From assembly GCA_002435915.1 (NCBI GenBank), contig DIWY01000002.1, forward strand, positions 86,006-150,005: a stretch of 64,000 nt of DNA, written 5' to 3'. This DNA comes from Christensenella sp. UBA6094 (GTDB lineage: Bacteria > Bacillota > Clostridia > Christensenellales > UBA6094). Positions 8,708 through 18,032 of the stretch are shown one piece after another. The translations under genes and the position numbers were made by a program. The notes beneath the pieces were generated by a model. It was not told where the DNA came from. It searched no databases and saw nothing but the letters and a program-made list of their open reading frames with translations. Within the stretch, counting starts at the first letter, position 1, and every line of letters begins with the position of its first letter.

Positions 8708-9537
8708 TGGAAGAGCTAGGAATGATCGAGATCTCAGGGAAGTCTGTTGACGAAGCCGTTTTTCTCGGCATCACACAGATGGGCCTTGCTCTTGACGAGG
8801 TTTCTATAGAGATTGTTGAAGAGACATCCGGCTTTCTTGGAATGGGTAAAAAAGTTAAGGTGCGACTTATTAAAAAGAGCGCAGAGACTTTAGAAAAAGA
8901 ATACAGCAAGGTCGATGATAAACCTTCAAAACCAGCAGTAGCAGAAAGGCACTCTCAAAGTTATGACAGAGTGCATTCAGATAGAAAAGATTTTAGGTCT
9001 GACAAAAAAGAATACTTTGAAAAAAAGTATGCCGAAGAAGAGCCATTCGTTTCTAACATGGTTGAAACTCAAGGCGCTAAAGAAGACACGATAAAGGAAT
9101 TTTTAACAGAGCTAATTAGACTTATGGGCATTACAGCTACCGTTCATTGCCAGAAGAACGACGAAGGCATTATGAAAGTAGAGCTTAGAGGAGATTCTAA
9201 GCAAGTAGGAGCACTTATTGGCTACAGAGGCGATGTGCTTGATTCACTTCAGCATATTACATCACTTGCAGTAAACAAAGACGAAGAGACCTACAACCGT
9301 ATCGTTCTAGACGTCGAAGGTTACAGGCAAAAACGTGAACAGACGCTAGTCGTTTTAGCTAAGCGGATGGCACAAAAAGCACAGAAAAAAGGTAAGGTTG
9401 TTATGGAGCCCATGAACCCTTACGAAAGACGTATATTGCACGCTACACTACAAGATAACGAAAGCGTCACAACGTATAGCGAGGGTGAAGATCCCATGCG
9501 CCGAGTCATAATAGTTTCAAAAGACTACGTTAAATAA
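8707..9537 (+). CDS. jag: Jag/KhpB RNA-binding protein (Jag_N, KH, R3H domains)
   Basis: 276 aa. The start overlaps the yidC stop (TAATG). A C-terminal R3H-type motif (PMNPYERRILHATL) is present. Confidence 0.8.
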   Translation: MEELGMIEISGKSVDEAVFLGITQMGLALDEVSIEIVEETSGFLGMGKKVKVRLIKKSAETLEKEYSKVDDKPSKPAVAERHSQSYDRVHSDRKDFRSDKKEYFEKKYAEEEPFVSNMVETQGAKEDTIKEFLTELIRLMGITATVHCQKNDEGIMKVELRGDSKQVGALIGYRGDVLDSLQHITSLAVNKDEETYNRIVLDVEGYRQKREQTLVVLAKRMAQKAQKKGKVVMEPMNPYERRILHATLQDNESVTTYSEGEDPMRRVIIVSKDYVK

Positions 9538-9540
9538 AAA

Positions 9541-9563
9541 GGCGCCCAATAGGGCGCTTTTTC
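9541..9563 (+). terminator. Rho-independent terminator after jag
   Basis: GCGCCC-AATA-GGGCGC followed by TTTTT. Confidence 0.75.
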
Positions 9564-9618
9564 TTTGATAAAGTATTTATGGGGAGCTGAGCTCTTTTCT
9601 TGGGGCGCCGCGCTATTT

Positions 9619-9672
9619 TATGGGGCGCTGCCCCAAACCCTGTTACTTTTCTTAAAGAAAAGTAACAAAAGA
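9619..9672 (-). repeat. Family-1 multi-hairpin repeat, partial (modules D and C)
   Basis: TATGGGGCGCTGCCCCAAACC followed by a variant palindrome TTACTTTTCTT-A-AAGAAAAGTAA, whose arms changed in a compensatory way. Confidence 0.7.
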
Positions 9673-9951
9673 TAGATAAGAGAATGGCATAGAAAACTTT
9701 AGTTCTGTGAAATGGCTTTTTTGAAGAGAGAAAGTATACAAAATAATAGCATGGACGTAAAAGTGCCTGCAGGTGAACCCTGTCCAGCTCCTGCTGGACC
9801 CGTCCAACGTCCCGTTGGATCGTCTATCGCGTCAGAGAGACGGCTTGGAAAAACTTTAGTTCTGCGAATGGCTTTTTTGCGGAAATGTGTAAAAATAAAC
9901 AAAACTAGTCTTGAGAACAAAATAAATACTAACATTTATAATTTTCTAAAT

Positions 9952-10007
9952 ATCTTTTGCTTCTTTTCTTTAAGAAAAGAAGTGGAGGTATGGAGGCAAA
10001 GCCTCCA
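9952..10007 (+). repeat. Family-1 multi-hairpin repeat, partial (modules C and D)
   Basis: ATCTTTTG-CTTCTTTTCTTTAAGAAAAGAAG-TGGAGGTA-TGGAGGCAAAGCCTCCA, directly upstream of mnmE. Confidence 0.8.
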
Positions 10008-10045
10008 TAAAAACAACTTTTTCATACGCTTGGGAGGGATGAACC

Positions 10046-11386
10046 ATGTCCACAATATATGCACTTTCAACACCACCGGGCGAAGGTGGTATATCGATAG
10101 TAAGGCTGTCGGGAGAAGAAAGCCTATCTATTATAAAAAAACATATAGACAGAGAACTTAGCTTTGAGCCAAGGAAGATGCACTACTGCTTTTTTGTGGA
10201 CGATGGCGAGAAGATAGACGAAGTAATGGTCGTTTATTTGAAAGGCCCAAAAACGTATACAAGAGAAGACGTAGTCGAAATACATTGCCATGGATCCATG
10301 CTGTCCGCTTCGAGGATAATGACTGCGCTTAATAAAAGCGGTGCAGTGCCTGCTGAAGCTGGCGAGTTCACTAAACGTGCTTTTCTTGCAGGTAGGCTAG
10401 ACCTATCGCAAGCGGAAGCGATCATGGACTACATCGGCGCTATGACGGTGGCAACGCAAAAGGCTGCACTGGCAGGCATGGAAGGCACTATAAGCAAGGG
10501 CATTGAAGATGCGACAGAGCTGATGATCGATACACTAGCGCATCTGGAAGTGGCAATCGATTATCCTGAGGAGGACATTGAACCTCAGGCGTATATGGAA
10601 GTGCTCCAAACAATCGAAAATGTCGAGGGCATTATAAACCCTCTTATTGATACAAAAGACTCAGGAAAGATTCAGCGTGAAGGTTACAGAGTTGCTATTA
10701 TCGGCGTGCCGAACGTCGGCAAATCATCACTGCTTAATGCGCTACTCGGTCAGCAAAGAGCAATCGTAACGGATATAGCAGGCACAACACGCGATTATAT
10801 AAGAGAATACTACGCAATTGGCGGAATTCCGTTTGTTATAGTAGATACGGCAGGCATACACAATCCTGGTGATATTATCGAGGCAGAAGGCATTGATAGA
10901 TCTATTGCCGAGTCCGAGAACGCCGACTGTATACTGTTCATGGTTGATGCGTCAAAACCGCTTGGCGATGCGGACAAGCATATTAACGAACTGGTTTCGG
11001 GCAAGAATGTTCTGCTTGTAGTAAACAAGATTGATGTTAGTCAGACCAGTGATGAGATAAAAGCGCTGGGGCATGAGTACGCCGAGATAAGTGCTAAAAA
11101 TGGCATTGGAATCGAAGAACTTAAAAAAGCGTTATACGATAAAGCTATGCAGACTTTTAGGGGCGACAGCTCACAGGCGACTATTAACGCGCGTCAGGCG
11201 GACATGCTGCTCGGTTGCAAAAGAGCACTCGAGTCTGCAAAAGAGCAAGTTGAGCTGTGCAGTGATGCCGAGTGCATTTCAATCGACTTAAATGAAGCGC
11301 TGTTCTATCTTCTAAGCGTTGTAGGCAAAGCTCTCGACGAAAAAATTATCGATAGAATATTCGAAAAATTCTGCTTGGGGAAGTAA
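10046..11386 (+). CDS. mnmE: tRNA modification GTPase MnmE (TrmE/ThdF)
   Basis: 446 aa with G-domain motifs GVPNVGKSSL, DTAG and NKID, and the C-terminal CLGK motif. Confidence 0.95.
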   Translation: MSTIYALSTPPGEGGISIVRLSGEESLSIIKKHIDRELSFEPRKMHYCFFVDDGEKIDEVMVVYLKGPKTYTREDVVEIHCHGSMLSASRIMTALNKSGAVPAEAGEFTKRAFLAGRLDLSQAEAIMDYIGAMTVATQKAALAGMEGTISKGIEDATELMIDTLAHLEVAIDYPEEDIEPQAYMEVLQTIENVEGIINPLIDTKDSGKIQREGYRVAIIGVPNVGKSSLLNALLGQQRAIVTDIAGTTRDYIREYYAIGGIPFVIVDTAGIHNPGDIIEAEGIDRSIAESENADCILFMVDASKPLGDADKHINELVSGKNVLLVVNKIDVSQTSDEIKALGHEYAEISAKNGIGIEELKKALYDKAMQTFRGDSSQATINARQADMLLGCKRALESAKEQVELCSDAECISIDLNEALFYLLSVVGKALDEKIIDRIFEKFCLGK

Positions 11387-11399
11387 CAAAGAACATTTT

Positions 11400-11538
11400 G
11401 GAGACGCTGTCTCCAAGCCTCTGCCAAAGGGATGTATCCCTTTGGAATCCCAACGTAGAGTTATAATATTAATATATTCACGTTTCTTTTGCTTCTTTTC
11501 TTAAAGAAAAGAAGTGGGGGTATGGGGATGAAATCCCC
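11400..11538 (+). repeat. Family-1 multi-hairpin repeat, full copy (first of a tandem pair)
   Basis: Modules in order: A GGAGAC-GCT-GTCTCC; B CCAAAGGGATGTATCCCTTTGG; AT-rich spacer; C CTTCTTTTCTTAAAGAAAAGAAG; D GGGGAT-GAA-ATCCCC. Confidence 0.85.
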
Positions 11539-11546
11539 AAAAAAGA

Positions 11547-11667
11547 CCTCTGCCAAAGAGAAGCATCACTTTGGAAACCCAGCGCAGAGTTATAATATTA
11601 ATATTTTCGCGATTCTTTTGCTTCTTTTCTTAAAGAAAAGAAGTAGGGGCAAGGGGATGAAATCCCC
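11547..11667 (+). repeat. Family-1 multi-hairpin repeat, second tandem copy with degenerate module B
   Basis: CCTCTGCCAAAGAGAAGCATCACTTTGG, the same AT-rich spacer (GAGTTATAATATTAATAT), module C, then GGGGAT-GAA-ATCCCC. Confidence 0.8.
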
Positions 11668-11725
11668 ATAAACCCCCCCACCATTAGAAAGATTATAATT
11701 AGATTTAATATAAAGAGGGATACAT

Positions 11726-13624
11726 ATGCAGACATACAAATCTTATGACGTAGATGCCGTGGTAGTAGGCGCTGGTCATGCAGGGTGTGAGGCGGCACTA
11801 GCGCTTGCTAGGCTGGGACTAAAAACTATTATTATGACAGTTAATCTAGACGCGATTGCGCTTATGGCGTGCAACCCTGCTATAGGTGGCACGGCAAAAG
11901 GGCATCTCGTTCGTGAAATAGATGCGCTGGGTGGACAGATGGGTATCAACGCTGATGCGGCAATGCTCCAGATGAAAATGCTGAACCTGTCAAAAGGTCC
12001 AGCGGTTTATTCGCTGCGCGCGCAGGAAGACAAAAAGCTCTATACGCAGACAATGAAAGAAACGCTAGAGAACCAAGAAAATTTGATAGTACTGCAAGCA
12101 GAAGCTGCTAAGATTATTGTAGAGGACGGCAAAGTCTGTGGCGTTGAAACGGCTACAGGCGCTGTGATAAGCGCTAAAGCTGTCGTTCTTGCTACAGGCG
12201 TTTATCTAAAATCGCGTATAATTATTGGCGAATATATAAAGCATTCAGGTCCATCAGGGCTAGCTTCGGCAGATCTTCTAACGGAATCGCTAATAGAAAA
12301 TGGCCTAAAAGTATTAAGGTTCAAGACAGGTACGCCTGCAAGAGTGGATAGACGTTCTATCGATTTTAGCAAGATGACGATACAGGAAGGCGACGATCCA
12401 ATCGTTCCGTTCTCGTTCATGACTGACAACCTGGATTTCAAGCAGACACCGTGCTATCTTGCGTATACCAACGAAAGAACACATGCGATAATAAGAGCTA
12501 ACCTGCACAGATCACCGCTTTATGATGGCACGATACAGGGCAAAGGACCAAGATACTGTCCGTCTTTTGAAGGCAAAGTAGTTACGTTTGCGGACAAAGA
12601 AAGGCATCAACTTTTCGTTGAGCCGGAAGCTATGCACACTAACGAAGTGTATATGCAGGGCATGTCATCCTCATTGCCTGAAGAAGTACAGCTAGCATTT
12701 TTAAGAACGATAGAAGGTCTTGAAAACTGCGTTGTCATGAGGACAGGCTATGCGATTGAGTATGATCTTATAGATCCAAAACAGCTAAAACCGTCACTCG
12801 AAGTGAAGTTTATAGATTCGCTCTTTGCAGCGGGGCAGATAAACGGTTCATCCGGCTACGAAGAAGCAGCAGCGCAAGGCATTATTGCAGGCATAAACGC
12901 CGCTATGAAAATAAAAGGGCAAGATCCACTTGTGCTTTCAAGAGATGAAGCGTATATCGGCGTACTTATAGACGACCTTGTAACTAAGGATCTGGAAGAG
13001 CCGTATAGGATGATGACCTCAAGAGCTGAATACAGATTACTGCTAAGGCAGGACAATGCAGATCTAAGGCTTACAGAATACGGCAGACGTATAGGTCTTG
13101 TTAGCGATGAGAGATATGCTAGATACATTGCTAAAAAAGAAAAGACGGAAAGCGAACTAGCCAGATACTCAAAAACAGTACTTTCGCCAAAAGGACCTGT
13201 TGCTGATATTCTCACTTCTTTAGGCCAGAGCATACCGCAAACTGGTATTACTCTTGAAGAGCTGTTAAGAAGACAGGGAGTCACGTATGATGATGTAATA
13301 AAGCTTGACCCACAAAGTGCAGACAACGATCCGCAGGTTCGTGAGCAGATAGCAGTTTCTATTAAATATAAAGGATATATAGATAAGCAAATTGCTCAGG
13401 CTAAAAGACAAAAGTCTATGGAGAATATGAAACTACCAGAAGAAATTGATTATAAAGATATTGGCGGACTAAGACTTGAGGCGGCAGAAAAGCTTAATAT
13501 TGTTAAACCGCTAAACCTTGGACAAGCGTCTCGTATTTTAGGAGTTTCGCCAAGCGATATATCAGTACTTATGGTATATCTTGAAAAACAAAAAAGAGAA
13601 AAATCTTTTAGCAGAGCACAATAA
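11726..13624 (+). CDS. mnmG: tRNA uridine 5-carboxymethylaminomethyl modification enzyme MnmG (GidA)
   Basis: 632 aa with an N-terminal FAD-binding [10 protein letters not shown] motif. Classic partner of mnmE. Confidence 0.95.
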   Translation: MQTYKSYDVDAVVVGAGHAGCEAALALARLGLKTIIMTVNLDAIALMACNPAIGGTAKGHLVREIDALGGQMGINADAAMLQMKMLNLSKGPAVYSLRAQEDKKLYTQTMKETLENQENLIVLQAEAAKIIVEDGKVCGVETATGAVISAKAVVLATGVYLKSRIIIGEYIKHSGPSGLASADLLTESLIENGLKVLRFKTGTPARVDRRSIDFSKMTIQEGDDPIVPFSFMTDNLDFKQTPCYLAYTNERTHAIIRANLHRSPLYDGTIQGKGPRYCPSFEGKVVTFADKERHQLFVEPEAMHTNEVYMQGMSSSLPEEVQLAFLRTIEGLENCVVMRTGYAIEYDLIDPKQLKPSLEVKFIDSLFAAGQINGSSGYEEAAAQGIIAGINAAMKIKGQDPLVLSRDEAYIGVLIDDLVTKDLEEPYRMMTSRAEYRLLLRQDNADLRLTEYGRRIGLVSDERYARYIAKKEKTESELARYSKTVLSPKGPVADILTSLGQSIPQTGITLEELLRRQGVTYDDVIKLDPQSADNDPQVREQIAVSIKYKGYIDKQIAQAKRQKSMENMKLPEEIDYKDIGGLRLEAAEKLNIVKPLNLGQASRILGVSPSDISVLMVYLEKQKREKSFSRAQ

Positions 13625-13958
13625 TAACAAAAACTTTTTGCGCAAAATAAGTTGTATGCAGGCTATGAACGGAATTTTTTGAAGAATAGCAAGCATACAA
13701 TTTTTGTGTCTAAAAACAATCAAAAATAAATACAAGAAAATAGCGATCTTGGATAAAATATTAGCAAGAAGTTGTTAAACTGTCCTCTAGTATGCTTAAA
13801 AACAAAAAAATACGTGTATAAAAGCCTTAATTAAGGTAATTTTAACTATAATAGGTAAAAGTGTGTTAAACTAAACATAGTATGTGAATTTTTATGTGAA
13901 CGCACTAGAGAGAATACGAAATAAAGGCAAAAGCTTTTAATATAAGAAAGAGGTAAAA

Positions 13959-15677
13959 ATGGAGAAAAAACAATTTTCAGAGTTAGGTATTTCACCGCAA
14001 ATACAACAGGCAGTCAACGATATGGGTTATGAGGAAGCTACAACGATCCAAGCACAGAGCATCCCAATAATCATGTCGGGCAAAGACGTAATAGGACAGG
14101 CACAAACAGGAACTGGTAAAACAGCTGCGTTTGGTATTCCTGCCATTGAACTGGTGGATACAAGGGTATCAAGACTAACGCAGGTACTTATACTGTGCCC
14201 AACACGTGAACTTGCAGTGCAAGCATGTGACGAAATAAGAAAATATGCCAAGTACACAGAAGGCATTAAAACAGTGCCTATCTATGGCGGACAGCCAATA
14301 GACAGACAGATAAAACTACTAAAAGCAGGAGCACCAATAGTCGTTGGTACACCTGGCCGTATCATGGATCTTATGAGAAGACATGTGCTTAAGCTAAACC
14401 ATCTGAAGATGATCGTATTAGACGAAGCAGACGAAATGCTTAACATGGGCTTTAAGGAAGACATTGAGACAATACTAACTGAAGTACCTGAAGAAAGGCA
14501 GACAATTCTATTTTCAGCTACGATGTCACCAGCGATTCTTAAAATCACAAAGCAGTTCTTAAAAGATCCAGAATTTATTAAAACTGTGCATCAACAACTT
14601 ACAGTATCATCAACAGAGCAGTACTACTTTGAAGTGCCAAAGGGCAAAAAGCTCGACGTGCTTTGTAACTCGCTGGACGTTTACAATCCAAAACGCTCTA
14701 TCGTTTTCTGCAACACCAAAAGACAGGTAGAAGAGCTTATTGGTGAAATGCAAACAAGAGGGTATTTAGTGGCAGGTCTGCATGGCGACATGAGGCAGGT
14801 AGCTAGAATGCAGGTGCTTAGTTCGTTTAAAGCAGGCAAGATAGACGTACTTATAGCTACAGACGTTGCAGCAAGAGGCATAGACGTTGAAGACGTTGAA
14901 GCGGTATTTAATTATGATATACCTCAAGACGAGGAGTATTATGTACATCGTATAGGCAGAACTGGCCGTGCAGGTAAAACTGGCACAGCGTATATGTTTG
15001 TAACCGGCAGAAGTCAGCTTATGGCTATTAACCAGATACAAAGATACACAGGCAAGAAGATAGCTCTAAAAGCACTGCCAACAAGCGCTGATATATTCGA
15101 AACAAAGCAGAACAAAATACTGCATGATATAAAGAAGGCACTTGAAGGCGAGCCAGTATCTGAGTACACAGAGATAATCAATTCGCTGATGGCAGAGGAC
15201 TACACATCTATTGATATCGCAAACGCTCTAATTAAAATATTATTTAAAGATAAGAAATCTAAAAAAGATAAAATTGAGAAGCTAGATAAAATAGAACGTT
15301 TTGACAGACCTGATAGGTTTGACAAAGGCGATAGATTCGATAAAGGCAGATTTGACAAGGGCACACCTTATGGCAAAAAAGATAAGCCGACTTTTAAGAG
15401 AAACAACAATGGTTCGCTTGATGACGTGCCAGCTGAAGAAGGCATGGCTAGATTCAAGATAAACGTTGGCAGACACCACAGCCTGCAAGTAAACATGGTA
15501 CTTGGTGCAGTTGCTGCTCAGACTGGGCTACCAGGCAAGTCAATAGGCAGGATAGACCTTGGTGAAAAAGCCAGTTATTTTGAAGTGCCACTAGAGGATG
15601 TTAAAACTGTAATTAACACAATGGATAGTTGCAGGATTAAAGGTATACCAGTTAAAACAGAATTATTAACAAAATAA
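13959..15677 (+). CDS. DEAD-box ATP-dependent RNA helicase with C-terminal RNA-binding extension
   Basis: 572 aa with the motifs AQTGTGKT, PTRELA, DEAD, SAT and HRIGRTGRAG. A low-complexity DRFDK-repeat linker precedes a DbpA-like C-terminal domain. Confidence 0.9.
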   Translation: MEKKQFSELGISPQIQQAVNDMGYEEATTIQAQSIPIIMSGKDVIGQAQTGTGKTAAFGIPAIELVDTRVSRLTQVLILCPTRELAVQACDEIRKYAKYTEGIKTVPIYGGQPIDRQIKLLKAGAPIVVGTPGRIMDLMRRHVLKLNHLKMIVLDEADEMLNMGFKEDIETILTEVPEERQTILFSATMSPAILKITKQFLKDPEFIKTVHQQLTVSSTEQYYFEVPKGKKLDVLCNSLDVYNPKRSIVFCNTKRQVEELIGEMQTRGYLVAGLHGDMRQVARMQVLSSFKAGKIDVLIATDVAARGIDVEDVEAVFNYDIPQDEEYYVHRIGRTGRAGKTGTAYMFVTGRSQLMAINQIQRYTGKKIALKALPTSADIFETKQNKILHDIKKALEGEPVSEYTEIINSLMAEDYTSIDIANALIKILFKDKKSKKDKIEKLDKIERFDRPDRFDKGDRFDKGRFDKGTPYGKKDKPTFKRNNNGSLDDVPAEEGMARFKINVGRHHSLQVNMVLGAVAAQTGLPGKSIGRIDLGEKASYFEVPLEDVKTVINTMDSCRIKGIPVKTELLTK

Positions 15678-15697
15678 TTTGTTAGGTAAGTAAAAAA

Positions 15698-15720
15698 GAG
15701 CGCAGTCTGCGCTTTTTTTA
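15698..15720 (+). terminator. Rho-independent terminator after the helicase gene
   Basis: AGCGC-AGTCT-GCGCT followed by a run of seven T. Confidence 0.75.
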
Positions 15721-15771
15721 TATAGAAAATTTGATTTAATATAGTATTATTATAGTAGGCTATTAAAATTT

Positions 15772-15922
15772 TATGGAGGCTCTGCCTCCAAACCTCCGCT
15801 TCTTTTCTTAAAGAAAAGAAGGAAAAGATGTGTTGAGAAATTATTAAATCAATTATATTCTATTGGAGGGGATTCCCAAGGGATACATCCCTTTGGTGAT
15901 GGTTTGGAGGCAAAGCCTCCAA
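15772..15922 (-). repeat. Family-1 multi-hairpin repeat, full copy in inverted orientation
   Basis: Read on the plus strand: GGAGGC-TCT-GCCTCC, module C, AT-rich spacer, CAAGGGATACATCCCTTTGG, GGAGGC-AAA-GCCTCC. Confidence 0.85.
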
Positions 15923-15965
15923 GGTAGATTAATTAAAATAAATAACCAGTTATGAAAGGGTTTAT

Positions 15966-16664
15966 ATGGAATTATTAAAAAATGAAGCACAAAAGCAAGG
16001 TGTTATGTTAACACAGGACATGCTAGGCAAATACGAAACGTATGCCAAAAAGCTTATAGAAGCTAACGAGGTTATGAACTTAACAACAGTCGTGGATATG
16101 GAAGGCATACAGCTACGGCATTTTTACGATTCGCTGTCGCCACTGTTTTTTGGCATTATTAAAAACGGAGCTAGTGTAATCGATGTTGGAACGGGTGCTG
16201 GCTTTCCTGGCTTGCCGCTTAAAATAGCTAGAGACGATATATCGCTTACGCTTTCGGATTCGCTTAATAAACGCTTAGAGTTTTTGAAGAGCGTCACAAA
16301 AGAAATCGGCATAAATTCTCAAATTGTGCACGCAAGAGCAGAAGATTTGGGTCAGGATAAAGCGCATAGAGAGCAGTATGATGTGTGTGTTTCACGTGCA
16401 GTTGCACCTCTAAATGTGCTTGCAGAGCTTACAATTCCGTTTGTAAAAATAGGAGGAATCTGCATATATTACAAAGGAAAAACAGCGGACGAAGAGCTTA
16501 ATTCTGCCAAAAAAGCTATAGAAGAGATGGGCGGACGCTATAAAGAGACAAAATGCTACGAAGCCCAAGGTACGGCATTTTATCTCATAATCTGCGAAAA
16601 AATTCGGCAAACACCGCAAAAATATCCAAGAAAAGCAGGTCTACCTAAAAAGTCTCCTTTATAA
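15966..16664 (+). CDS. rsmG: 16S rRNA (guanine527-N7)-methyltransferase RsmG (GidB)
   Basis: 232 aa with the SAM-binding motif VIDVGTGAGFPGLPL. Conserved origin-proximal synteny. Confidence 0.9.
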   Translation: MELLKNEAQKQGVMLTQDMLGKYETYAKKLIEANEVMNLTTVVDMEGIQLRHFYDSLSPLFFGIIKNGASVIDVGTGAGFPGLPLKIARDDISLTLSDSLNKRLEFLKSVTKEIGINSQIVHARAEDLGQDKAHREQYDVCVSRAVAPLNVLAELTIPFVKIGGICIYYKGKTADEELNSAKKAIEEMGGRYKETKCYEAQGTAFYLIICEKIRQTPQKYPRKAGLPKKSPL

Positions 16665-16835
16665 TTGCAAAACTAATTATAATACGGGATTTTGCATTTT
16701 CAAAAAAACTTTTTACAAATAAGCACGAATAAAGTCTAATATTCTGAACGAGGAAGGGAAATGGCATTAAATAAAGAATTAAGAGTTTATATTAAAGTTT
16801 ACAAAAAGAAAACTCGTTGTTTGGAGTGTAATGCA

Positions 16836-17708
16836 ATGTTTAACAAGAAACCTGACATATCTGATAAGTTTAACTCGGATAGAGAGATAATGGATTTGCC
16901 AATTGAAAATGTTATACCCAACCCGTATCAGCCCAGACGTGTTTTTGTTGAAGAAAAGATAGACGAGCTTGCAAAGTCTATTAACCAATATGGGCTCATT
17001 CAACCTATTGTTGTGCGCGAGCGTAAAGATGGATTGTTCGAGCTTGTGGCTGGTGAACGCAGGTTAAGAGCTAGCAAAAAGCTAGAGCATACTACCATAA
17101 AAGCGATAGTTATGTCTGCTGGCGAGGGTGATAGTGCTGTTATTGCCTTAATAGAAAACATACAGAGAGAAAACCTGCACTTTATGGAAGAGGCAGAAGC
17201 GTACGAAGCTCTTTTGAAGGATCACGGAATAACACAAGAGGAGCTGGCAGCAAGACTTGGTAAAAACCAGTCTACTATAGCCAACAAGCTACGTATACTG
17301 CGTTTGCCCGATTATGTAAAAGAGGCGGTTATCTCAAACAGGCTGACAGAGAGGCATGCAAGAGCACTGCTTAGGCTACATGACGAGCAGAGCCAGCTTA
17401 AGCTTGTTGATACGATAAGAAAAAAGAATTTGTCCGTTAAAGTGACAGAAGAGCTAGTTGAAAGACAGCTACAAACTTTATACGAAACGAAACCGAAAGC
17501 TCAGACGGGCAAGCTTATAAGAGTTCTAAGAGATTATCGAATATTTTTGAACTCTATAAAAACAGTCATAATGCAGATGAAAGAGGCCGATATCGATGCT
17601 CAGTTCAAGCAGTATGACGAAGAAGGATGCGTGCGTATAGAAATTATTATAAATAAGCCAGGTTCATCCCACCTGACAGCACAAGCGGAAGAGGTCAATT
17701 CCCTGTAA
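16836..17708 (+). CDS. noc: ParB/Noc-family nucleoid-associated protein (Noc-like)
   Basis: ORF 16761..17708; I prefer the ATG at 16836 (GGAG upstream), which gives about 290 aa. It has the ParB N-domain GERRLRA motif and an HTH (QSTIANKLRILRLP). The C-terminal layout resembles Bacillus Noc and the gene follows rsmG as noc does. Confidence 0.7.
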   Translation: MFNKKPDISDKFNSDREIMDLPIENVIPNPYQPRRVFVEEKIDELAKSINQYGLIQPIVVRERKDGLFELVAGERRLRASKKLEHTTIKAIVMSAGEGDSAVIALIENIQRENLHFMEEAEAYEALLKDHGITQEELAARLGKNQSTIANKLRILRLPDYVKEAVISNRLTERHARALLRLHDEQSQLKLVDTIRKKNLSVKVTEELVERQLQTLYETKPKAQTGKLIRVLRDYRIFLNSIKTVIMQMKEADIDAQFKQYDEEGCVRIEIIINKPGSSHLTAQAEEVNSL

Positions 17709-17730
17709 TCTTCCGAGAACCCCCTAATAA

Positions 17731-17760
17731 AAAGCCTGCCCCCTCAGGCTTTTTATTTTT
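17731..17760 (+). terminator. Rho-independent terminator after the noc-like gene
   Basis: AGCCTG-CCCCCT-CAGGCT followed by TTTT. Confidence 0.65.
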
Positions 17761-17768
17761 GCGCTTTT

Positions 17769-18008
17769 TAGGGACGCTGTTATTTGTGAGGGCTTTGCCC
17801 TCACACTCCCACTTCTTTTCTTAAAGAAAAGAAGCAAAAGATATGTAGAGATTATATTTATGCAAACATCGGTTCAACGGTCTGCTTGGTAGACTATATC
17901 CAAGCACTTTTACATAAAAGCAAAGATTACAAAAATATTAATAATTTTTAGATGGGATTCCAAAGGGATGCATCCCTTTGGCAGAGGTATGGAGACGGAG
18001 TCTCCATA
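17769..18008 (-). repeat. Family-1 multi-hairpin repeat, long-spacer full copy in inverted orientation
   Basis: TAGGGACGCTGTTATTT-GTGAGGGCTTTGCCCTCAC, module C, a spacer of about 120 nt, CCAAAGGGATGCATCCCTTTGG, then GGAGAC-GGA-GTCTCC. Confidence 0.8.
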
Positions 18009-18032
18009 GGCTTGTTTACGCGCTAAGGTTTT

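Noticed and set aside
9699-10161. Track ORFs 9699..9935 (minus) and 9712..10161 (plus) in the jag-mnmE spacer
   Set aside because: They overlap each other and the well-supported mnmE start. They run through repeat hairpins, lack RBSs and have low-complexity, repeat-derived translations.
11489-11798. Track ORFs 11489..11671 and 11598..11798, and similar LLLFLKKRS-containing ORFs at 18032..18364, 18874..19062, 20286..20549 and 63138..63362
   Set aside because: The shared peptide is simply the translation of the CTTCTTTTCTTAAAGAAAAGAAG palindrome. It appears on either strand and in different frames, and no start signals are conserved.
16388-16403. A parS-like sequence TGTTTCACGTGCAGTT inside rsmG
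   Set aside because: Only the left half matches the TGTTNCACGTGAAACA consensus (about 12 of 16 positions), and the palindrome is broken. It is insufficient for a parS call.
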